A DNA stretch of 64,000 nt from Phoronis australis (lineage: Eukaryota > Animalia > Phoronida): positions 423,568 through 487,567 of the forward strand of contig NMRA01000306.1 in NCBI GenBank assembly GCA_002633005.1, in the 5' to 3' direction. Shown one piece after another: positions 1 to 11,729 of this stretch (within the stretch, counting starts at the first letter, position 1; the number at the start of each line of letters is the position of its first letter). The notes under the pieces were generated by a model, which was not told the origin of the DNA, did no database searches, and saw only the letters and a list, made by a program, of their open reading frames with translations. Position numbers and translations under genes: made by a program.

Positions 1-40
<40 letters not shown>

Positions 41-50
41 GAGAGAGAGT
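1..50. repeat. (GA)n microsatellite
   Basis: Direct reading of the dinucleotide run. Confidence 0.95.
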
Positions 51-341
51 GAATTAGCGCTAAAATGATCGACACGCCAACAAGCAAGAAGTGGACTGGG
101 AAAGCTCAGGAGATTTTGGGAATGCAATTAGATACTGTTACATAATTATGAAGCAATTGGACGTATGGTCAACTGGATCGTAGTTACTAATAATAAAATT
201 GGTTAAGAACCTGGAGAATGCTTGCAGAGAATGTGTTTTTATTATACTTAGAGCAGAGGCTGGTATTTCGTTGTTGTTTATAATTCGAGGAATTTCAAAT
301 ATAATACAGGCTCTTGCTGACAATTTGTTGGATGGAGGAAT

Positions 342-2050
342 TTAAATTTCGGGCTGTATTGTAGGAATAGTAGCTGAGTATTGATTCAGGTATGTAGGAG
401 TTTTAATGTGTCTGGTTGGTTTATATTGGATTGGGTTTACTAAAGAAGTTGTTAGTGTAAAAGTACTTCGGAAGCTGATAATTGAGGAATTCGTAGTAAA
501 ATTTTGCAGTTGAGATTGTAAAGATGTCTTGAAGTAGAGGGAAGCGAAGTTCCTTACATATGGGCAGGGCGTGAGCATTATAACTGGAATTTGATATATT
601 CGAAGGATTCTCTTCTGGGGTGTGTGGAGTTTCTTAGTGTTGCCAAAACCCCAAGTTGCAATGCCATTGTTTAAATGTGAGAGGACAAGTGGATTATACA
701 TTAACTTGAGAGCTGGAAGAGGAAGATAAGATTTCAATTCATACAAGAGTCCACAGAGATTGTTAAGTTTGTTTGAGATGAGGTTTGTGTGGAGGACCAT
801 GAGAGGTTTTTGTCAATGGCAATACCAAGGAAAGGAAAACTGTTCACATGACATATTGTTTAGCTATTTATATAAATGGTGGGAATAATACATTTTTCAG
901 TTTTCTTTTGGGGGTATTGGAAGATCATTAATTTAGCTTTTGATGTGTTAATTGAAAGTTTGTTCAAGGAAAACCTGTCTGAAATAGATTTAAGGTTGTT
1001 GTTGATGGTGGTGATTGCTGTAAAGTGTGTAGGGAAGATTAAGTCATTTTGTAAGGTGTGACGAGGCAAGTATCGTCAGCATAAGAAGTGTGTCAATGGG
1101 AGAAGAAAACGAAAGATCATTTATGTAAATTAAGAAGGGGCAAGGACAGGGTCTTGAGGAGCTCCGGTAGATTTTGGTAACCAACTGGAAGTTGTATCTC
1201 TCATTGAAACAAATTGGGTGCTGTTTGAGAGATAATTTTTAAACAGTATATATTCAACTCCAGTAATATCATAGTGATTTATCTTTTACAAGAGTATTTG
1301 GTGGTCTATTGTGTCGAAAGATTTAGAGAGATCGAGAAAGATGACCAGGGGATTCATATCATCATCAAGATACGAACAAATGCGGTCTAAAAGTTCAAGC
1401 GAAGCAAGTTCTGTAAAGTGACATTTCCTGAAGCCATATTGAAGTTGATAAAGAATGTCATTTTCATTTAGGAAAGTTGAAAGTTGTGTATGGATATTTT
1501 TTTTATAATCTTTGAGATTGTTGGGAGAATAGAAATGGGTCTATAATTGCCCGGGTGCTCTGGGTCCAAACCGTGTTGTTTAAAAACTGGGATTACCGTA
1601 GCAATCTTGAGAGCATTTGGAAATATACCAGTGTGCAAGCACAGGTTGATGATGGTCGTGAGAGCTTCAATTATAAAAGGACTGCTTATTTCGATAATTT
1701 TAGATGATAAATTGTCATGACCAGTACTTTTTTGTGCCCATGTCTCTTATAATATCTAGTACATGTTTATTATTAATTAGTTTGAAAGAGAACTTAAATG
1801 TGTTTGGCGTGGGAAGAAAGGAATGATCCGATTTGGGTAAAGTAGGTGTTGAATAAACTTGCCATTTCGGGTAGGTCACTGGTTTTGGTGTTATCTGAAC
1901 GTAAGCGACATTCTAGGGTATCATTTTTGCTCGAACGCCGTTGCTCATAACGGCCTTTATTGTATCCCATGTTTTATTTATGTCAGACTTCCCTTTTTCG
2001 AATGTGTCCTGATAGCAAGATTGCTAGGCGGATAAGACGTTTGGCTGGTT
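342..2050 (-). mobile_element. Degraded CR1/L2-group LINE, ORF2 reverse transcriptase region
   Basis: Minus-strand RT motifs NYRPISILP (~1525-1548), FLDLSKSFDTIDH (~1301-1340), YADDT (~1069-1083) and C-terminal LPLPALKLMYNPLVLSHLNNGIATWG; multiple stops and frameshifts; boundaries approximate. Confidence 0.9.
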
Positions 2051-2835
2051 CTTAATGACGATTTTAAGCTTGTAAACCAATCATAGATGTATTAGCCGGT
2101 TGACTCGGAGGAACCGGCGAGGACAGTCGGGTGCAGCCTATGATACGTTACTACAAGTACAATGTATACTCAGGCAACCGTGGGCTTGGAAAGACGTGTT
2201 GACTTTTGGGCAGCGTTCCACAGACGCAAGAATCTTGCAAAAACAATAGATCCCGCAAATACCGCAAGCGAACACCTTGTGAGTATCTTGGCGGTGCACC
2301 TCAGATTATCTCATAGACTAAAGACAGTTTGGCAACCTTAGGATACTTGTGCCTTTAAAATCCTTTCAGCTACGATAAATTATACCCAGAGCTTAAGTAC
2401 GCCAGCTGATGAGTCACCTTGTGTTAACAAACCGGGGGACCGTTCCACAACCCAAGATATCTGAGAACGGAGACTGTATCTCGATGAAGATTTGTGTGAT
2501 CCCACGATACTTTCAAGAAACTTGCCTTACGTAACCCGCATGGCGGCCACAGGGAACCCAAAGTTTAAATAGAACAACGTGAACAAGCACGGGAGGAAAT
2601 TTGAGTTACACCTTGGTAAAATGTAGAATGGTGACAATCTGAGAGCATTTGGGATGCTCACATGCCTATACTTTCAATTAACAGAATTATAACATCACCA
2701 GTCGATCACGACTAGCCTGAAACAATGGCAGGTATCCTTGACATGGAAAAATGGCTCTGCGAAATCACGCGAACTACGTGTGTGGGTACAAGTGCAAATA
2801 GTAAACATACAGTATGGTACAGCTATGAGCGATGA

Positions 2836-3132
2836 CATAGGCGGATTTAGGAGGGCAGCCCCCCCCCCCCTTGGCTGGTGCAAACAAAATTAGACGGCAA
2901 CAACGTGAAGAAATATCGAGTTCAACAACTAGGAACAGCGGCGGGGAGGCCCCACAGCGCGGCGGAATCGTTTTTTTTATTTTCAGTCCTCCAATAGAAT
3001 TTGGGAACACCATGTCCACATCGCAAGCCCTCACAACCTTTCGGGCCGCCTCTGCATACAATCGCACTTTGCCCAATTCTCCAAGGCAACATGTTGTGCC
3101 TCCCCCCTTATGGTATCCTAGATCCGCCACTG
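2836..3132. mobile_element. MITE with CA(T/G)(A/T)GGCGGAT termini and 5-bp TSD
   Basis: cataggcggatttag ... gatccgccactg, flanked by gatga/gatga. Confidence 0.85.
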
Positions 3133-3757
3133 GATGAGCGTCTAGTTTCATTTAACCAACAGTAATCTCGAATGTTTCAAAGAACGAGCTTTTGTGGAAT
3201 GTATCAGTTTCGTCTGTTATTGTGAATGTAGCAGCTTCAAGCCAAAAAATCCCTTTTCAATAAATAGCGTTGTGTACTTATGCATTTCTCATACTTAGCC
3301 TAAAGTTATGTTGAAAGTTATTTCCCAACCAATTGGAAAGTCTGATTGTTACAGCATTCAGTTAGTCAATGAGATGTCTTACCACAGGATCTTTTCACAG
3401 GTATAAACCTCGCAAAACTATGCAAAATTTTAAAACGTTACTATTTCAAAATCCGTGTTACTATTTTTAACTAAAACAACTATGGATCCAAATTTACAAC
3501 CGCTTTAAAACGAAAGACCCCACGAACTCAATTTTCTGAAATCAATTTTGGGTAACGCCTAAGAACAATATGCCAGCGGGCAACGGCTTTTTTCTTCGTT
3601 TTTGTCGTGTTCGTGTGGCGCGGTTGCCTTGCTCCTTAATTTTTTATTTTAATAAACCTTCAATGATCTTTGGTGCTTACGAAATACCGTGGCATTTTTT
3701 TCACTTAGCACTCGCAAATGTGAAAAAAATGGCGATTGTATGCAAATATGCGCTCAT

Positions 3758-3920
3758 CAGAGGGGCGAATCCAAGATTTTGAGTTGGGGGAGGGGGGGCG
3801 GGGCAAAGTATTAGCCAGTATTTTTCCCGTCAGACATCCGCATCCCCGAACTGCCAAATGGAATCTGGGAAAATTTTAGGGGGGCCATGGCACCCTTAGC
3901 CTCCCTTAAATCTGCCACTG
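3758..3920. mobile_element. MITE, same TIR family
   Basis: cagaggggcgaatcc ... aaatctgccactg; flanks ctcat/ttcat (4/5 match); interior similar to 11156-11309. Confidence 0.7.
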
Positions 3921-4868
3921 TTCATTCAAGAGATGTAATAAATAATTTTTAGCCGTTACCATGGGAGCTAAACTCTCACCTACTTACACGTATACGAAAC
4001 ATTCACCACGTGCATTCATATATGCACGTATACCCTCCCTCACAGTTGTCAACCGATGTCCTGCCTCATTGTTCATTTTGTGTGGTAGCTTTGTTTTCCG
4101 TGACCCACGTTCCCCACTTTTATGTTCACCTGCCCAAACGTTCCCGCAACTCAAAACACTTAGGCCCATATGATCTTTGTTCGCGATGCCTACTTAGGTC
4201 AGCGCTAACTAATTCCGTTATGTTTTGAGTGCCATTCCAAGGTTTCTTTATGCGAAGGGTTAGAAATAAGGCCATGGAAAAAAAACTTCTACGTTTGCTG
4301 ATAAACGTGTACCCTATTGAGGGTTTTGGGGATATAGGGATGAACTCTCGTTATTAATGTAATACTAATTACATTAATGCTTGGAATGGTTATTTCAAAT
4401 TTCCCAAGCAATTACCTCTCATAAAAACAAAATTTGCTTAAAATTTACATTTCAATGTAAAAACTACTGTGATTTTAGTGACTTCATACAACTTCTACAT
4501 GTAGGCTATCACGATCCCTCTATGGAATCTAGTTTCACTGTTTTTAAATACATTTATGATCTGTTCCAAGTCCAGTTGCAAAATCAAATTTCATGGAGAT
4601 AAGCAAGGATACACATGTCTACTTTTTTACTCTTCTAGAAAACAGAGGTTCGTGACATTACACATATCACAACAAAAAGTACGCAAAGTGGTCACAAATG
4701 TGGTTTTATTGTGGTATACGACTCAAGACCTATAATATTGTGTGTTGGTTTATGAGGGTTTCACTCCCTTGATAAGGACATTCCTCTCCTATAAGTCTAC
4801 GGCGGCGCGTGCGCGTGGTGAGGGTCGATTTCCACAAACATTGCAGCATTGGACGATATCATATTTAC

Positions 4869-5002
4869 CTGGACAAATCGGCCGAGGTGTATTGTAGGAT
4901 TACAATCCAATCTTCACCACCAGATGTTAAACTTTGTGTGAAAAATTGTGAGTTGTTATGGAGTCCGCCATCGTAGAAGTTGACGTTATCGTTCTCGCAC
5001 GA
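4869..5002 (-). CDS. MRH-domain (M6PR/ATG27-like) protein, coding exon 3
   Basis: Acceptor tttcatttag, donor gtaaat; SCENDNVNFYDGGLHNNSQFFTQSLTSGGEDWIVILQYTSADLS(R); phase 0 start matches exon 2 end. Confidence 0.7.
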
Positions 5003-5266
5003 CTAAATGAAAGAGAGGCTACGATGAAAACCGATACATCACTGCATACCTAGAACTGAAAGACATATAATAACCTGTGATCAATTCCGCAGCATTAATA
5101 GTTGACCTAATCACTGCACATTTTGATATCTGACCGTTCATGTATGTCGCGATTGCAAACGAGAAAATAATTTCAGGAACTTGATCAGCCAAACAAATGT
5201 CCTCTTTACAAAATACGTGTCGACTGAATCAAACGAAGACAACCACAGAACCACAGTTACAAAAAG

Positions 5267-5306
5267 TCTCTCTCTCTCTCTCTCTCCCTCCCTCCCTCCC
5301 TCCCTC
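5267..5306. repeat. (CT)n/(CCCT)n microsatellite running into an assembly gap
   Basis: Direct reading. Confidence 0.9.
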
Positions 5307-6358
5307 NNNNNNNNNNNNNNNNNNNNNNNNNNNNNNNNNNNNNNNNNNNNNNNNNNNNNNNNNNNNNNNNNNNNNNNNNNNNNNNNNNNNNNNNNNNNNN
5401 NNNNNNNNNNNNNNNNNNNNNNNNNNNNNNNNNNNNNNNNNNNNNNNNNNNNNNNNNNNNNNNNNNNNNNNNNNNNNNNNNNNNNNNNNNNNNNNNNNNN
5501 NNNNNNNNNNNNNNNNNNNNNNNNNNNNNNNNNNNNNNNNNNNNNNNNNNNNNNNNNNNNNNNNNNNNNNNNNNNNNNNNNNNNNNNNNNNNCACACCAA
5601 CATTTCAAAACAACAGTATCCAAACATGTTCAAGATGAAGAATTAAAAATGTCGTTAAAGTTTTACAAAACTTCCTTTTGTTTTCCTTTATCCAACATTT
5701 GATTGTTTTTTTTTTCTCAAAAATAAAAAATAATAGTTTTATAGTTCCTCAGGCAAACGTGGACCATTTAGAAAAATTCTGCCAGCGTTTCAGAAAACAG
5801 TGCATCAAGCATAGCATTCGAAAATTTCATATAAAGGTGATAAGCCATTTGTGAAATTTGACGTTCTAAAGTTAGCCAGATTTGGACAGTAACTATACAT
5901 GTATAACCTTAACTCAACTGAAGGCGACAAATTATCTAGGGAGGTGACGGATTCCTGATGATTAATAGTGGTGTATTTTGACATTCGTGTAGTCTCGTGG
6001 TTCCGTGCAAAATGTGTCACATTTTGACGTTTGCTTTATCATGTCTTCGTTATTTTTGGTTATTAGATTTTTCAATGACACCCACCTGTGTAGTTGATAA
6101 TCAACGTGAACGTGGTTACCCTTAACCTAGTAGAACACATTTCTAAGCGTTTTTTAGAGCAAAAACTCGTCAATCGTGATAATGCTTAATTCAGGCGTGT
6201 ATGTCTGTGACATTGTCAGGACAAGTACGAAACGGCGATCTATTTCATTCACGGTCTGGAGTTTGGAGACGTTAGCTATTTTTGTGAACCGTTTAAATAT
6301 CTCACTGATCAACACTCTGTGATTAATTTATGGTGTGACCCTGCACATGTGTACTAAC

Positions 6359-6473
6359 CGCTACTCCCTTACAATCGTCCACACCTAGTAACCCTTGTGC
6401 AGTTTGTGTAAAAGGATAGCAAGGGTTGTAGGAAAATTTGAACATCCCCGATAAATCAAGCTGGTTCTTGAAT
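6359..6473 (-). CDS. MRH-domain (M6PR/ATG27-like) protein, coding exon 2
   Basis: Acceptor tactttcag, donor gttagt; (R)FKNQLDLSGMFKFSYNPCYPFTQTAQGLLGVDDCKGVA contains the MRH-type F-x-Y-N-P-C motif; phase 2 start matches exon 1 end. Confidence 0.8.
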
Positions 6474-6783
6474 CTGAAAGTAATCAATTACCAGTAACAT
6501 GGTTAATCAACACACCGTGCAAGCTTTGTAACGGGATGAATAAGCGAATAACCGTTCAGTAGCATTAGGCATGAACTTTTAAAGTCACTGGGTGAACCGA
6601 TAAACAACGTTGTGTATCACTTTGAAATGTTTGTTTTGACTGAAATGCCACTGATACATGTACTAATACTGATCTCTGTGTAGACACTTGTTAAACTTCA
6701 CTGTACAACAGAAATAAGCAAAAATCACAATTATGGAAGTTTAGAAAACAAACATACCAAAAGCACTGCAATGTAAGATTTAC

Positions 6784-6962
6784 CTGATACCACCTTCTTT
6801 CCCCACGGCATGGAGGTCAACCATAGAACCGTTTGTGTCCCACTTGCAGGAACACGAATCAACTTTAAGACAATTTGGCGGTTTCGAGGCTTGGAGAGTC
6901 ATTCCAGCACGTGCAAGACGGGTGTAGACAGAGGTAAACGTCAGAAATGCAATGACATGCAT
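6784..6962 (-). CDS. MRH-domain (M6PR/ATG27-like) protein, coding exon 1 with putative signal peptide
   Basis: aaacATG start; MHVIAFLTFTSVYTRLARAG...CLKVDSCSCKWDTNGSMVDLHAVGKEGGI; donor ag|gtaaat. Confidence 0.75.
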
Positions 6963-7588
6963 GTTTGTTATAATTATCTTGAATTTCTTGTTTTACTCCG
7001 AAGCTGATATACACCGTGATTATCACCGAAACACCCTGCGTCCCATTGTCAGTTACCGGAAGGTATCAAAACACAAGAGCCTATCAAGGTGTTGCACGGT
7101 GAAATCGGCAGTACGGTAAAGCAGATGGTCTATCACAGACGCAAGTACTCAAAGTGCACATCTTTGCCCCCTTGGTATAAACTTTAACCCTGCTATCTCT
7201 AGTCATCGATAATAAAGCAGGGAAGATATGACCTAGAATACATGTCCTCAGTCGTTTAAAAGGGGCTACTGGAGATACCTTATCACAGCTTTAGCGAGAT
7301 ATTCACATACCTCAATTACGAATGCCGCTTTCTGTTAATTTTTTCAAAGATGATTAGAGAAGAAACAGCAAAGTTGTAAAATTGTCTGCTACATTATTAA
7401 AAACGAAATGCAGACACTTTATCTCACAAATTCGATATGTAATGTCACAGTTTGATCGATTTAGTAAATCAGCTACTATGCTATTCCCCTAGGACTCTCT
7501 GAAAGTCACAATTACGATTTGAGAAGTTGTACAACTGAGAGAAGAATTGTTTAAGCTAACGATAACTATGAAGTTACAGAACAAAAGT

Positions 7589-7876
7589 CAGTGGCGGATT
7601 TAGGGGGCCAAGGGGGCCATGGCCCCTAAAATTCTATCAGATACCTTTTGGGAGTTCGGGTGCGCGCAAGCAGGGGCTCGTCGGGGGTGAATAAACAATG
7701 CATAGGCCCTGAGCAAACTGAACAAACGGTTTTTTTTTAGTCAACAGGTCCGCAACCCCAAACATCCGAGGCCTCTGCTTCCCCACATTTGAGGCTGGGC
7801 GAGCGCGTCTGCCAAAATTCTGCTTATTTCTGTGTCCTGCCCCCCCCCCTAACTCAAAATCCTGGATCCGCCCCTG
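7589..7876. mobile_element. MITE, same TIR family
   Basis: cagtggcggattt ... ggatccgcccctg; flanks aaagt/aaagg. Confidence 0.85.
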
Positions 7877-8419
7877 AAAGGGGCCAGCTTTTTGAGAAAT
7901 GCGTCAATGAGCTTATTGACCTTGTCAAAAGTCAATAATAGCAGGCCATAAGACGTGGGTTCTGGTTAAGTATCATAAGATCTCCATAACGACCGAGACT
8001 TAAACCCGGATCTGTTTGCTAACTGGTCACTATTGCCTCCTGTCAGTCGATACCTAGTGGACATTTTCTGGTTGTCATACATCGTACGTGATGATAATTG
8101 TTGGTTATCATATCGAAATTCGTGGACTGCAAACTGATTTAAGCGAGGGCGACAACGCATTTGTTTTGGTGGTTTGAGGTCTTACCCGGATTCTTCGTCC
8201 CGGAAGACAATGCGTTCACGAATTTGGATACAGTGGCATTAACATCTACACTGTATGGGTCTAACTGAATCGAAGCCGACTTAAAATGCATTGTACTTCA
8301 GCAATTAAAAATCCGGAATAGTTGCTTGCTAGTGAAACTATAGGTATCTGTGGACGTTACGTTAACATGAAATTCTGTTTGCATTTCAACTACATATATG
8401 CACTTAAAGTGTTCATGAA

Positions 8420-8945
8420 TGTAACGATTGGATAACTTGGAAATTGAAAGAGTTCGTTCTTTCAATTTACTTGGTGTTATGGAGTCCATACATAAACAAT
8501 TTGTTGAGAAAGATAAGCAGTTTCTGTGGTGTTTTTAATAACCTAAAACATTTCTTGCCCTTTGAAACTTTGAAAACTGTATATAATGGTCTTGTCCTTC
8601 CTCATTTTAATTATGGCATTCTGCTATGGGGGTGTGAGCATAATAGAATATTCAAATTACAGAAAAAGGTTATTCACAATATTACCTCTAGTTATTTTAA
8701 TGCCCATACAGATCCTTTATTTAAGACTACACAAATTCTCAAAATTAAGGACTTGTATATTGTTGCTGTTATTATATTTTTCTACAAATATGTTCATAAT
8801 TACTTATCTTCATTTTTCAACACGTTTAATTTAATTACCCGTGGGTCTGTTCATGAAAATAACATTAGACAACGACATCTTCTACGAACTCCCCGTTGTA
8901 CTGAATCATTTGCTGAAGATTCAGTTCGCAATGCCCTACCGATTG
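8420..8945 (+). mobile_element. 5'-truncated CR1/L2-group LINE fragment (ORF2 C-terminus)
   Basis: HFLPFETLKTVYNGLVLPHFNYGILLWG...KLQKK...AHTDPLFK, homologous to the ORF at 342-800. Confidence 0.85.
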
Positions 8946-9633
8946 GGTTGGAATTGCCTCATGACTTCGAATAAGTCTGCTAAACACGAAGCCATGGCAC
9001 ACTGGACGCCTACAGTTTAGGCAATTATCTGTATATTCGGCGACAATCAATGAGAAAAGAACTATCTTACTTTATTTTATTTAACCGGTGTAGAAGTGCG
9101 CTCCTTCGCAGAGTCATATGGCGACAAAAACGCTGCAATACGCACCAAAATTATGTTCAGATGTTCGTAATTATGTGACGCTTATTCTAGAAAGTCTTCG
9201 TTTTCGCTGAAATGGTTATAAACATATTTTTTACGTATACAAAAACGTATCTATCCACCATAAAAATAAAGACGCAAAACACTCATTATAAAAGGGAAAA
9301 TGTTGACTGCCGGGCTCTCAGCATACAGGCACTAAAAGAAAATCCGTTTACATAGTTTCTATAGCCGTTTTAGAAGAAAAAAACGGAAATTAAGAGTACA
9401 TGGACATCATCGAAAAACACCTGTTTACGAGCACGTGGACATCGAGTTCATACATATAATAAGGTCCCGTAATCATCATAGATCTAAAAATGCATAGTTA
9501 AAGAGTTGGCACTACTGATGTTTCATACGTTGCTTAAAAATCTTAGTATCCTTGGTAACGAAATCAGTCAATTACCTTACACAAAGTCGAATTTACCAAA
9601 CTGACTAAAATAGTTTATAGTTTATTCATGTAT

Positions 9634-9897
9634 CTACAACCCGTTTTCTTCGGTCAGTTGCCAGTCAGATCCGAAGTCAAACTCTGGCTCTTCAGCTGAG
9701 TCACAGGCGTCGGTATCTTGTAATTTTCTATCCAGTTGGCACTGCAACTGTTGGACGAGTGTGTTGTGTCGTGCAACCAAACTGCCAAGAGTTGACAGAT
9801 GTGCGTCGACAATTGCAGACACATCCTCGTTGCAGAGAGAGAACATCCGACTTTCTGAAAGTTTCCGTTCAAAAGTCTTCTCCAGAACGCTGATTTC
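9634..9897 (-). CDS. Uncharacterised multi-exon gene, terminal coding exon
   Basis: Acceptor ttttttag; 88 codons EISVLEKTFERKLSESRMFSLC...WQLTEENGL*; phase 0. Confidence 0.65.
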   Translation of the reverse strand, partial: EISVLEKTFERKLSESRMFSLCNEDVSAIVDAHLSTLGSLVARHNTLVQQLQCQLDRKLQDTDACDSAEEPEFDFGSDWQLTEENGL

Positions 9898-10633
9898 CTA
9901 AAAAATAACCATAGTCATTTTCCATCTGTTTTGGCCACAATTCTACTAATGGGTTTCCATATTTCAAAATTTGAAAGACATTTAGCTCTAGCTCTGCTGT
10001 GTGGAATTGAAATAAATTAACGATCTACATATTCCGTGGATGGTCACCGTCAAGGAATGTTTATCGTCACACTGCTAAACCCTTGAGTCAGGTTTCTAGC
10101 ACCTTAACTTCCCCACCTTTCAGTGTTTTACTTTTTTCGTTTTTGTATTTGTCGCACATCTAGACATCCCTGCATGTTCATGTCTTTACAATGCTGGTTC
10201 CAAATATATCGACTGATTTTTAAGAGAATTTGATATTACCCTGCACAAGTAAAGTTAACCAGAACCCTAAACAGGATCAGTGATTAGGTAAGTGTTTAAG
10301 CTTACTTTGAAGAAATGCCATTTGTTGTGAGTAGTGAAAGTCTACTTGATGTCGGTTACTGATTTATTGCGTTACATCAACAGTAACAGAGAAGGGGTTT
10401 TCAAGTAAATAATCACTAGAAACCGTATCCAGTTAAGTCCTGGAAAATGTATGAAAGTCAGTATTGAAAATAATTTATAATAACGTAATAAATATAAAAA
10501 AACAAAAACATTTCATTTTTCACGCACTTTTGATTGCCCCATCTGCCATGAAGGGGAGGGGTTCGTGCCGCGTGAGCCCCTACATCTGCCCCCAGGGCGA
10601 CATGAAATGAAATCGCGTTCTGTTAAGACTTAC

Positions 10634-10831
10634 TTCTGAGCTGAAGTCTTTTTGTTCTTGTATGCCCATGCTACCCTGATATTGAGGAAAAAAATGGTGT
10701 TTGGGTTGACTTGAATTATTTGCTGTCAACAAGATTATGTGTGATTGGTACTCTGTCAATTCACATATTCTCTTTCTCAGACTTCCACAATCCTCTCGTC
10801 GGCTTGTCTTCACCACGTAGTAACTCATGTC
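10634..10831 (-). CDS. Uncharacterised multi-exon gene, internal exon
   Basis: Acceptor ctcttag, donor gtaagt; 66 codons DMSYYVVKTS...KDFSSE; phase 0/0. Confidence 0.55.
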
Positions 10832-11155
10832 CTAAGAGTAGACAACGTTGATTTTGACATTAATGACAAAGATATTTAATCCTCTAATGGTGATTTCCTA
10901 CAAAAAATATTTTATCCCCGGTTAGGGTACGTCTCCTCTGAGAGATAAAACCAATATTGAGCTAAAAGCACTGTCTTCTTTCAGTGATTTGAGAATGGAC
11001 AGGATTAAATCGTCTGACAGCACTACGACACAGGTTTTTTCAAAAACCCTTACATGTACGTGAATGTATTAATGTGTTTCTCCAAGGCCTGTGACCCTTA
11101 GTTGAACCACGTCATTTTGCCCAGAACGTGATTTTATAGTTCAGACATTATGTCC

Positions 11156-11309
11156 CAGGGGTGGATCCAGGATTTTGAGTTAGGGGGTTCAGAGCAGAAT
11201 ATTATCCAGAATTTTGCCCGTCAGACATTCGCACACCCGTACTTCCAAATGAAATTTGGGAGAATTTTAGGGGGGGTGGTCCTCTTGGAACCCCTTAATT
11301 CCGCCACTG
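11156..11309. mobile_element. MITE, same TIR family
   Basis: caggggtggatcc ... ttccgccactg; perfect TSD tgtcc/tgtcc. Confidence 0.85.
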
Positions 11310-11729
11310 TGTCCAACAAGACGGTTACCCAAACCTCACAAAACTGAATAGGTTAGTGGGTTTACAAAGCGGAGTTTGTCATTTAGCAAGTCGATATTCA
11401 TAAAATTATGCAAGATCATTAAAAATTTTGTGATTTAGCGAGGTATTCAATCATCATTTGCAGAACAATTTCAAGTTACGTACGTTTAAAACTGACCAAA
11501 AGTAAGCATGAAGGCACGTTTTATTTCTGGGGGACGGGAAAGAAATGCAAACTCGAGCAAGGTCAGCATTTCTGCAAATCTCGCATGACGTCCCATGGTC
11601 GATTTTGTCCCCAAATACTTATCCAAGAGCGGGTATTCACCCAGTGTGCTTTTCACGATGGCTTTGATCACCACTACACTGTGTAAACCACCAGTGGCGG
11701 CCATTTTCACTGGCGCAGATCAACAAAAG

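Noticed and set aside
5138-5702. Long ORFs spanning N runs (also 34074-34550 and 58152-58404)
   Set aside because: Artefacts of assembly gaps translated as X
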